From contig CDROCS010000666.1 of the NCBI GenBank assembly GCA_977020255.1, forward strand, positions 62,001-126,000: DNA of 64,000 bases, given 5' to 3'. Below the pieces are notes generated by a model. The model saw only the letters and a list, made by a program, of their open reading frames with translations. It searched no databases and had not been told where the DNA came from. The DNA comes from Obrimoposthia wandeli. Lineage: Eukaryota. The position numbers and the translations under genes are program-made. Of the stretch, positions 42,064-50,423 are shown piece by piece. How positions within the stretch are numbered: position 1 is the first letter of the stretch; the number at the start of each line of letters is the position of its first letter.

Positions 42064-42303
42064 TTTATCTTTCCTTTTTTAAGTTGTTATATTGTTTAAC
42101 TGATTTAATTAAATTGAAATATCATCTTTTTCTACATATTCATCTAATTTCTACGGGGCGTATTTTATTTTTCCGAAAGAAGGGAGATTTAGGTTTTGTT
42201 ATGGGCTAAAACGTATGATTGCTAACATCGTCTTTCCAATATTGCCCCTGCAGCATCTTCTTATCCCATCGTCCAGGTTTACATAAACTAAAAGTATTAT
42301 GTA

Positions 42304-42507
42304 CTAACTAAACGTTGCACTATTCCCATTAACCCCTGTGCATGCTCGACCTACTTTGGCAAACCCTGCGACCTGAATTAAATAATCGTCATTTACTACA
42401 AGCACACCAGGATTATTTATATTATTAACGTTCCTTGCATCCTCATAATCAGTTGTTCCTGTTGCTATATCAGCAGTTCCAGCTTCGTTTAGTATTAGTA
42501 CGTTCAT
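42304..42507 (-). CDS. Small hypothetical protein (67 aa)
   Basis: AGGGA RBS; follows the conserved hairpin leader; first gene of the leftward unit. Confidence 0.55.
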   Translation of the reverse strand: MNVLILNEAGTADIATGTTDYEDARNVNNINNPGVLVVNDDYLIQVAGFAKVGRACTGVNGNSATFS

Positions 42508-42745
42508 GATATTATTCCCTATATCGATTTATGTTTATATTTATATTTATAGTCATAGGCTCTTTTATATTGCCTATAACATGTATTTAAAGTCCACGCG
42601 GTGGATTTTATTTTTACTATATCTTTAACGACAGTGATTAAATAGCAACGAATATTGCTGTTATTGAACCACTCCACTTTTTTACTGATCTTTTAGCACC
42701 AAAATTAGCGGTTAAAAATACTTACATTTCAGATAACACTAATTG

Positions 42746-43288
42746 CGTTAAACTTTATTAAAATAGTATTAAGGTGTTCTTAAAATATATTTATTCGCAC
42801 TTTTTAATCGCCTTTCAATATTCAGCTCATCGAAGTCACAATATAAATATACGAGCTAAATATAATTCCTTCCGTATCAAAACAGCATCATGTGCTCATA
42901 AGTCAGTATCTCTTGGTATCACAATATCAATATTTTCTAATTACTTTAATTGGTTACGATAAATGTCAAACTTGCTAAATTCAGGTTTGCATATACTCTA
43001 AGGTTACGGCTATATATAAAACTAGGAATAACATATGGCAGGTAAAGTGCTAATCAATGGAATGAAGCTGAAGCAACTTGGTATTAGGGAGCAACACGCA
43101 CTCTCTTGAGTAGAAGTTAGCTAACTTCTTCGCCGTGCCTATCGAGGAACTTATTACTGCAGACTCGGTAAAAGTCGCTGATATGCCGGCGTCCACTATG
43201 GAAAAGCAGAAAACCTTGTTCTGTGGTTACGATCTGCGTCGAAATACATACTTATTGAAGTTGCAAGACAAACGGCAAAACTCGAACC
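42746..43288 (+). repeat. Diverged copy A of the regulator module (paralog of 46555-47188)
   Basis: Long collinear matches, e.g. CGTTAAACTTTATTAAAATA, CTTGCTAAATTCAGGTTTGCATATACTCTAA and AAACGGCAAAACTCGAACC. Confidence 0.95.
42874..42920 (-). promoter_or_regulatory. Phased GATAC array (site A)
   Basis: Minus strand GATAC-n5-GATAC-n16-GATGC-n6-GATAC. Confidence 0.7.
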
Positions 43289-43380
43289 ATTTTCAGGTTC
43301 CTCGGGTCACCGTTCCCTTTGTTTCGTTAACCCTAGCTAAGGCATCTGATGGTGTAAATCATCTGCGTCACTTAGGTTAA
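43035..43380 (+). pseudogene. Decayed paralog of the XRE-STAND regulator
   Basis: ATGGCAGGTAAAGTGCTAATCAATGGAATGAAGCTGAAGCAACTT matches the 46839 start; small insertion, deletions through the HTH, and loss of NTPase/TPR. Confidence 0.92.
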
Positions 43381-43407
43381 TGAAATATTGTGCAAAATCG
43401 TTAAAAT

Positions 43408-43454
43408 GATACGAAAAGATACATCGACAAAGCTGGATGATACGCAAGTGATAC
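43408..43454 (+). promoter_or_regulatory. Phased GATAC array (site C)
   Basis: GATAC at 43408, 43418, 43439 and 43450; same 10/21/11 spacing in a non-homologous context. Confidence 0.7.
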
Positions 43455-43730
43455 TGCAATAATTAGCACGTTTGCTAAATTTAATTTGTGGCTTCGGCTT
43501 GTTGACAATAATTATGGGATCAGACCAATTACAATAAATTTAATATGATTATTATATTGTAATCGATAAGTATATTTTTATTTAGCTAGTGCTAACAAAA
43601 TAAACACCACAATGATAACGTTCAACTAATGCTGGAGTCATACAATAAATGCAACAGATTAAAAATTGATAAGTGAGTCAGTTGAAGGAAGAATTTTACT
43701 CTCACTCATAAACTCAAAAACCACGATATC

Positions 43731-43907
43731 AATGGTCTGATCAGGCGTTTCTGGCCTAAGAAATTCGACATGGCGACTCTTACAGAGAAGGCTATTGAGG
43801 ATAGGATTTTCATGCTGAACCTCACTCCTAGAAAAGTATTGGGAGGGCTAACACCCTTTGAACCCTTTACTGACAAGTTTGCCTATTTCGGAGTACTAAC
43901 TCTTTAA
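43731..43907 (+). mobile_element. IS30-family transposase C-terminal remnant
   Basis: NGLIRRFWPKKFDMATLTEKAIEDRIFMLNLTPRKVLGGLTPFE. Confidence 0.85.
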
Positions 43908-43921
43908 CAGCTAAATAGGAT

Positions 43922-43978
43922 GTTAAAAGACCATTGTCTTTTAACTCCATGTTATAGGCAATGGAAAGAGCCTATAAC
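43922..43978 (+). promoter_or_regulatory. Tandem hairpin leader upstream of ORF 44007
   Basis: GTTAAAAGAC-CATT-GTCTTTTAAC followed by GTTATAGGC-n10-GCCTATAAC; the second hairpin recurs at 42552-42580 on the minus strand. Confidence 0.6.
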
Positions 43979-44006
43979 GTCGATTATAAATTAAAAGGAT
44001 AAAATA

Positions 44007-44315
44007 ATGAAGAACACAGAAAGTTTGCCAGGAACGGGGATAAATCCTGGAGATGTTACAATCGTCAATAATGGTTCACCCTGTGAGGTTAAACTATTAA
44101 GTGATGATGGACTGCATGCCGATTACGGTTGGTATGGAGAGCAAGCAGGAAGATATGTTACAAAAAATGGGTTAGAAAATATGAACGGCAAAGCCATATG
44201 GGTTGAGGTAAATGGACAAATATTGTGTAAAAATCTAACTCCTTACAATACGGATTGGGCACCAATTGTCTTTGAAATAAATCCAGACTCTAACGACTGC
44301 CATCTAGCTCAGTAG
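44007..44315 (+). CDS. Small hypothetical protein (102 aa, no signal peptide)
   Basis: AAGGA RBS; beta-rich; three Cys. Confidence 0.7.
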   Translation: MKNTESLPGTGINPGDVTIVNNGSPCEVKLLSDDGLHADYGWYGEQAGRYVTKNGLENMNGKAIWVEVNGQILCKNLTPYNTDWAPIVFEINPDSNDCHLAQ

Positions 44316-44563
44316 GAAAAATCTCTTTTCATTTGATAATTCCATCTCTCAACGATTTGGTAATAATGGCGACCATAGTAAATTTTTAATAAGCAATACT
44401 AAGATCAATAAGTTAAAAACATTTTACAATAAAACTTGGTCGCTCAAACTATGCCCATCTGAGTATAGAATAATCTGGGTGTAGTTTTTAACCACACCCA
44501 GATATGAATAGTAATCACCTCTAAAAACACATTTCTCTTTAAACCTTTATTGAAGGACACATT

Positions 44564-45583
44564 ATGAAAATAGCATTGAAAATAGTCATTATCGTCGATG
44601 ATACCTATGACAGCATTGCGACAAATATTAATGCCTCGGTTGGTATTAGCTATCAAGATATCGAATCGACCAATCCGGGTGTGCCACCTCAAAGCATTAG
44701 CCCGGAACAGGTCATATTAATTCCCACACACGATAACGAGATAATAGGCCCATGGAAATACACTATATTTGCAGGCGATTCATTTTCATCTATAGCCGAC
44801 GGTATTAACCAATGCAAAGGCGTGACGGCTCAAGGCATTGAACAGGCTAACGATACACCAGCCAGCGAGTTGCAAGTAGGGCAATCTATTGATATTCCTA
44901 CAGAGGACGAAATAACTCCACTTCCACCAGTAGTTACCGCCGAGAATATGGGTTATTGGGATAAAACCTATTCACCCGGCGATCCACTGTTAGGTGCAAC
45001 CATTGGGATTGCATTTAGTGGTTGGGCCGATGTAAACCAAGCCATTGAGGATAGTAAAAAAGTCTACGATAATTTAGTTGGTGAGAAATATATCTCAATC
45101 GGTGGTGGTGCAAAAGATACAGGTAGTTTTACTAAAACCGTGATCGATCAAATTAATACTGCCATCCGAAATAACCAGTTCAAAGGTTATACAGGGTTGG
45201 CCTATGATGTTGAAGAGGGTGATTCGGGATTGGCCTCTGACTTTAGTGAATCATTTGCCCTCGCCCGGAAGAATAATTTAAAAGTACTGGTTACAATTAG
45301 TCATTCTGCACCTTATGGCATTCTTGACAGGGTGGCGCTGATGGAGAGTTTTTTAGAGGATGAAAACATCGACTTTTTGTCACCTCAGCTTTACAGTGGT
45401 GGTGACGAAAAGGAAAATGACTATCATACCCTCTCAGATTTTCCATGGACTAAGTATAGAAAATGCCAAGCTGCTATTTTAGTCTCAATTGTCACCGCCG
45501 ATATGTATGAAGACGCTCAGAGCTACTTTGAGAAGCTCGATATCGAGCTTAAAGGTTATATTCAATGGGCAAATGTAAGTTAA
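44564..45583 (+). CDS. Tandem LysM plus GH18-like TIM-barrel protein
   Basis: DDTYDSIA..NP..QVILIP and YTIFAGDSFSSIA..VGQSIDIP (two LysM); ISIGGG and GLAYDVEEG. Confidence 0.8.
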   Translation: MKIALKIVIIVDDTYDSIATNINASVGISYQDIESTNPGVPPQSISPEQVILIPTHDNEIIGPWKYTIFAGDSFSSIADGINQCKGVTAQGIEQANDTPASELQVGQSIDIPTEDEITPLPPVVTAENMGYWDKTYSPGDPLLGATIGIAFSGWADVNQAIEDSKKVYDNLVGEKYISIGGGAKDTGSFTKTVIDQINTAIRNNQFKGYTGLAYDVEEGDSGLASDFSESFALARKNNLKVLVTISHSAPYGILDRVALMESFLEDENIDFLSPQLYSGGDEKENDYHTLSDFPWTKYRKCQAAILVSIVTADMYEDAQSYFEKLDIELKGYIQWANVS

Positions 45584-45586
45584 TGG

Positions 45587-45785
45587 GGTGATCTGCAAAC
45601 AGAGCAGTATCAACCCTCACCCGTCAGTCGTGTTGAGATAGATAAACCCGATGGCGGTAAACGCCAACTGGGTATCCCAACCGTCATTGATCGGGTGATC
45701 CAACAAGCCATCGCTCAGGTACTAACGCCCATCTTTGACCCCGATTTCTCGAACAACAGTTACGGGTTTCGTCCGAGTCGAAACG
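45587..45785 (+). mobile_element. Group II intron reverse transcriptase fragment (~66 codons)
   Basis: YQPSPVSRVEIDKPDGGKRQLGIPTVIDRVIQQAIAQVLTPIFDPDFSNNSYGFRP; no YADD or maturase domain. Confidence 0.9.
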
Positions 45786-45828
45786 GGCTAATGCCCGTTT
45801 TAATGGTATTTAGGTTTTGTTATAAGAT

Positions 45829-46512
45829 TTATTGGATTATATATTTAAATACGAACCCCGCGGTAAAAGTTCGCGTAGTGTTGCCCAGATTAAGAACTAC
45901 ATTATACATTGTGTTTTCTTTTAGAGTTCCTGCAGAGAAATTAACGGGCACCAGTCCAGATGATGCGCCAGGGGTAGACATTTGCTTCGCTTTCCGATCA
46001 CCTTGTCCCAAAACAGTACCTTCACGAAGAATAAGCCACGTAATATCAGAACTGGCAATTGCGTTCGATGGTCTATTAAAAAAGGTGTTAATTCCAGTTA
46101 GGTTTTTAGAAATTACCGTCAATGAACTCATGCCTTGTTGAACAGGCTGCCCCGCCATAATTGATTGCGTAGCTGCTACAGTATTTAAATTTCTATCAGC
46201 AGTTACAGCAATTGTATATGCCCCCTTTAAAAAATTCAAATCGCCTGGATTAACCGACACAGAGCCTTCATTACTGTTTATATTGGCTCTGTAAACTGGT
46301 GTTTTCGTTTCATTCACTATAATCCCTTCCCAGATAACAACTTGTCCGCCAACATTGTCATCAGGCATTTTATAGTTAAATGTTAGCTCAGTGGCTGATT
46401 TAATCTAGAGGTTGGTAATTTCCGAAAGATAGCCAACATCATTATGGGAACCTTTATAATTTTCCAATGATGGCAATACTAAAACTTCGTCTAGTGTGTT
46501 TACGTTACTCAT
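45829..46512 (-). CDS. RhiB-like two-domain beta-sandwich protein with an in-frame TAG at codon 36
   Basis: ATG at 46512 with AAGGA RBS is in frame with ORF 45829-46368; TAG at 46407-46405; LTFNYKMP..VVIW..YTI..SSLT..FNRPS..W resembles RhiB as recalled. Confidence 0.55.
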
Positions 46513-46554
46513 AATATTATCCTTTTATTTATAGGTTTTTAATAAAAATAATTT

Positions 46555-47188
46555 CGTTAAACTTTATTAAAATAATTTCAAGGTGACCTGAAATATATTA
46601 ATTAGCACCTTTTAATCGCTTTTCGGTATTCAGCTAATCGAAGTGACAACATTAAGATACAAGGTGAATATAATTTCATTCGTATCAAAACAGCATCATG
46701 TATTTGCTCGTCGGTATCTATTGGTATCACAATGTCAATATTTTCTAATTATTTTAATCTGTTACGGATAAATCAAGCTTGCTAAATTCAGGTTTGCATA
46801 TACTCTAAAGTTACCATTATATGAAACTAGGTGAGCACATGGCAGGTACCGTCCTGATCAATGGAATGAAACTGAAGCAACTTAGGGAGCAACACGCTTT
46901 ATCTCAAGAAGGGCTTGAATATGCGTGCAGCCAAAAAAAAGGGTGTAGTGTTTCAATTGCGACCATCAAAAGAGCTGAGCTGGGCACCCCCTTGAGTAGA
47001 AGAACTGTAGCGAGGTTAGCTAACTTCTTTACCGTGCCTATCGAGGAAATTATCACTTCCGACTCGGTAAAAGTTTCTGAAATACCGGCGCTCACTACGG
47101 AAAAAACAGAAAGTCTTGTTCTGTGGTTACGAACAGCTTCAAAAGACATGCTTATCGATATTGAAAAACAAACGGCAAAACTCGAACC
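46555..47188 (+). repeat. Copy B of the regulator module
   Basis: Paralogous to 42746-43288. Confidence 0.95.
46682..46728 (-). promoter_or_regulatory. Phased GATAC array (site B)
   Basis: Minus strand GATAC-n5-GATAC-n16-GATGC-n6-GATAC. Confidence 0.7.
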
Positions 47189-49724
47189 TTTATTTACCCA
47201 GTGTCTTGGCAACACGTTGATGATAGCCCTCCCATGCATTCTTAAAGAAAAGAAACTCTATTTAGCATTACAAAACATTCTATTAGAGTTATCTCTTTAT
47301 TCAAGTAGTCGGTTTAGTGCATTGATCACCGTTCAGGCTCTGACTAAGTCGTCCAATAATCAATGGATATTAGATGATCATCGCATAAATGCGCTTTCTG
47401 AGTTAGCAATACAAGTACAGAGCACATCAATCGTTGTTTCTGATGTGTTATGCGAAGCAAGTATGCGTTATTTTTTATATCAGAATAATGAGTCGATTTC
47501 AGGTTTTAAGACGTTAGTTCAGCAGTGTGAACCTTTATCAAATTACACTATTGGTAGAGATCATGAAATCCAGCTATTTCGCTATGCCATTAATAGCGTT
47601 GAGCAGGAGCAAAAGAGCTACTTTTTGACGATTAATGCCGTTGAAGGTATGGGCAAGAGTCACATGTTGGATGTATTGGCTGATATGGCCAAAAAACAAG
47701 GCTGGCTAACGATTAGATTAGATTTTGAGTTGTCACCTACGCCTTCAGAAATTCTGATTAATCAATTATATGACGCTTTAAATACTAACGATGATATAAC
47801 GAAAGAATATAAACAAATTCAAGTTGCCGACTACCCACTAATACTATCAGAAAACATTATAAGTATGGACCGGGAATCAGGCCCTATCTTTTTATCATTA
47901 GATAACTTCCACTTGATAGACCAAGCTACTTTAAAATATCTCAGTAATATGATGGAACGCATACTAAATAAGGCCATTTTATTTGCTGTAAGTTACTTAC
48001 CGTCCAATGAAACAAATCGTTATACTGAAGAGCTTCGTTATTTGAGATTACCAGAAATAAATATGGCTTTGGCTCCATTAACGGCTAAGGATATGGAGAC
48101 ATTTTCTCGGGAAGGGCCGATAATACCTGACGATACTAAGCTCTCTTACATGGAAATATCTGAAGGAAACCCATATTATTATCAACAGCTATCTAATTAT
48201 GGGCATGAAAATAGAATTCCCTCTACGATTAAATTTCACCTTCAGAATAAAATTGATTGTCTGTCACCTTTATCAAGACAAGTTCTTGCTCTTATTTCAC
48301 TGACTTCTAATAACCTAACGCTAGATTCTATCAATTCGATAATTTCTCTCGCGAGTTCGACAATTGAAGAGTTGGTAGGCATGAGATTGCTTAGAGTTTC
48401 TAATGATAAAATAATCACAATATGCCAGCCATTTTTGCGAAATGTAATACTAGGCAATATTCGACACCAAGATAAATGCAACATCTATCTGTCTCTCGCG
48501 AAGCAGGTTAAAGATAGTGCTTCATTATCCGATCTCAACGTGCAATTGAAGTTAGCTGACTATTACAGCCAAGGAGAAGCGTGGTGTAAGGCGGCACTGT
48601 CTTTTTTAAATTGTGGTCAGTATTATACGGAGAAAGGAGAGTATCGTCAGGCTCAATGTTACCTGAAGTTGTCATTAGAACATCATCAAAAAATCCCCCT
48701 ATTATCACAATCAAACGAATTATTGTTAGATATTCGCCTAAATCTGGCAACCATTGTTCGTGTTACACATGGCTGGGTTAGTCATAGTACAGTGGCAGCT
48801 TATCAGAATTGTATTTCGCTAGCGAAACATCAGCGATGTGCAAAGCGCCATTGTATTTCATTGAGTGGTTTGTGGGTGACTCAGCTAATGGCCATGGAAT
48901 TTGAATTATCTGAGGTAACAGCAAATGAAATTCTGTCGTTAGCTGAGAAATCCAATGAATCTAGTTGTAAAGCTCTAGCCCACAGCTGCTTAACAAATTC
49001 TCAATTTTGGCTTGCGAAGCACCACCAAGCAATAAACAATGCGAAGCTTACATTTAAGTACTTCCAAGAGGATAAGGACACAGCGACCTATGCAACAATT
49101 GGTCTAAATCCATTAATGTTGGCAGGTTGTTTCGGTAGCTTATCGGCTTCACTACTTTGTCAAGATCAGGAGGTGAGCTACTTTCAAAGCCACAATCAAG
49201 ATAAAGTTATAATAAATGAACCATTTAGTTACGCTATCGCGTTGCAAGGAGAAGTCTGGGTAAGTTATCACTTGCGAGATTTTGAACAAGTAGTCGGATT
49301 GTCAGAGCAATTACTATCCCTTGCTGAATCATATAATTTCCCTTTTTATAAAGGGGTAGCCATGCTTTTTAAAGGCTGGGCACAGCTTTTCACATCGAAT
49401 CAAGATGCAGAAAAATCGTTGATAGTTATAGAGGAAGGTTACAATCACTGGTTAGCATCAAGTGGCGATCAAATCGCACACTCCCTTTACTCGCTTATCA
49501 AAGCTGAGTTATATATAAAAGTATCACGACAGGACGAAGCAATACGTCTTTTAGAAAATGGGATAGAAATTGCGTTGAAAAAAAAGGAAGCGTGTTACTT
49601 AGTTCCTATGTATGCCATGTTAGCCTCTTTAAAAAATAAGGATGATCATTACAGGGAATTAGCAAAAACCACCGCTAATGACCAAGATACCACTTTGTTT
49701 TTACAAGAATACAGTCTTAATTAA
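46839..49724 (+). CDS. XRE-HTH / degenerate cyclase-like / STAND AAA NTPase / TPR protein
   Basis: LKQLREQHALSQEGL..SIATIKRAELG (XRE); IGRDHEI, EGMGKS Walker A, LSLDNFH Walker B, EGNPYY; helical TPR-like C-terminus; start set by conservation with the paralog. Confidence 0.88.
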   Translation: MAGTVLINGMKLKQLREQHALSQEGLEYACSQKKGCSVSIATIKRAELGTPLSRRTVARLANFFTVPIEEIITSDSVKVSEIPALTTEKTESLVLWLRTASKDMLIDIEKQTAKLEPLFTQCLGNTLMIALPCILKEKKLYLALQNILLELSLYSSSRFSALITVQALTKSSNNQWILDDHRINALSELAIQVQSTSIVVSDVLCEASMRYFLYQNNESISGFKTLVQQCEPLSNYTIGRDHEIQLFRYAINSVEQEQKSYFLTINAVEGMGKSHMLDVLADMAKKQGWLTIRLDFELSPTPSEILINQLYDALNTNDDITKEYKQIQVADYPLILSENIISMDRESGPIFLSLDNFHLIDQATLKYLSNMMERILNKAILFAVSYLPSNETNRYTEELRYLRLPEINMALAPLTAKDMETFSREGPIIPDDTKLSYMEISEGNPYYYQQLSNYGHENRIPSTIKFHLQNKIDCLSPLSRQVLALISLTSNNLTLDSINSIISLASSTIEELVGMRLLRVSNDKIITICQPFLRNVILGNIRHQDKCNIYLSLAKQVKDSASLSDLNVQLKLADYYSQGEAWCKAALSFLNCGQYYTEKGEYRQAQCYLKLSLEHHQKIPLLSQSNELLLDIRLNLATIVRVTHGWVSHSTVAAYQNCISLAKHQRCAKRHCISLSGLWVTQLMAMEFELSEVTANEILSLAEKSNESSCKALAHSCLTNSQFWLAKHHQAINNAKLTFKYFQEDKDTATYATIGLNPLMLAGCFGSLSASLLCQDQEVSYFQSHNQDKVIINEPFSYAIALQGEVWVSYHLRDFEQVVGLSEQLLSLAESYNFPFYKGVAMLFKGWAQLFTSNQDAEKSLIVIEEGYNHWLASSGDQIAHSLYSLIKAELYIKVSRQDEAIRLLENGIEIALKKKEACYLVPMYAMLASLKNKDDHYRELAKTTANDQDTTLFLQEYSLN

Positions 49725-49829
49725 ATGAAATACTTCACTATTATTTATTGTTTTAATAGTGATTGAAAAAGCCTAAGCGGTAATCCGATAATCCCCACAA
49801 AATTTACGCACGATAATTGTTTCTCGCCG

Positions 49830-50000
49830 TTTGAAAACGCTCAAGATGTGGGACAAGTAGATAAAGAAAAGGATTCCAAACAGCTAGCACGACATATTCA
49901 AATGAAAATTGTAGTATTACGCACTTATACTTCTGCATCTAATGTAAATCACCCCCTAGAGCAGATGATTGACGATGTATTTACGCACTACCCTTTCTAG
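49830..50000 (+). pseudogene. TetR-family regulator C-terminal remnant
   Basis: FENAQDVGQV..KQLARHIQMKIVVLRTY..EQMIDDVFTHYPF*; no HTH or start. Confidence 0.55.
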
Positions 50001-50423
50001 AAAATGCACCAAAATGATGTAGCCCACACTCAACTTGTGATGCAACCCCAAGATCTTAAGTATGATTATTGCCTAAAATATAAATTTGTGATTCTCGTTT
50101 CTTATTGCTGATGATATAATCAATTTCTATATTATTTTGATTATTGACGTTAGAGGTTTTTTTGTTTTTATTTATTGCTTTAGTTCTGGGTGTTTTTTTT
50201 ATGGGTTCATGGTTAATTAGTCATACTCAGGTGAGCCAGATGTCAGAATTGTATGTGAGTTATTTCGAATAATAAGCTTTGGCTTTGCTTAAGCGCCCGG
50301 GTAATACTCAATATTCTATTAACTCTGAGTTCAGTGATCATCGCCAACCTCTTTATATTGGTTGGCTATTTAACACATGCCTTACAAGCACAATGCCATC
50401 ATTTTAAGTGACATACTTACGCG

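Noticed and set aside
45587-46141. Reverse transcriptase as a retron/DRT/DGR defence system; ORF-track 148-aa protein 45695-46141
   Set aside because: Only ~66 codons with group II intron motifs, no YADD and no ncRNA. The rest of the ORF is the antisense of the RhiB-like gene.
46933-46940. A8 tract in the regulator HTH (also 49578-49585) as a phase-variation switch
   Set aside because: Eight-base A runs are common in DNA this AT-rich, and the frame is intact.
46839-49724. STAND NTPase as an Avs-type anti-phage sensor
   Set aside because: The N-terminus is an XRE HTH rather than a nuclease, TIR, SIR2 or protease effector, and phased operators sit next to it. A transcriptional role fits better, though phage-triggered activation cannot be excluded.
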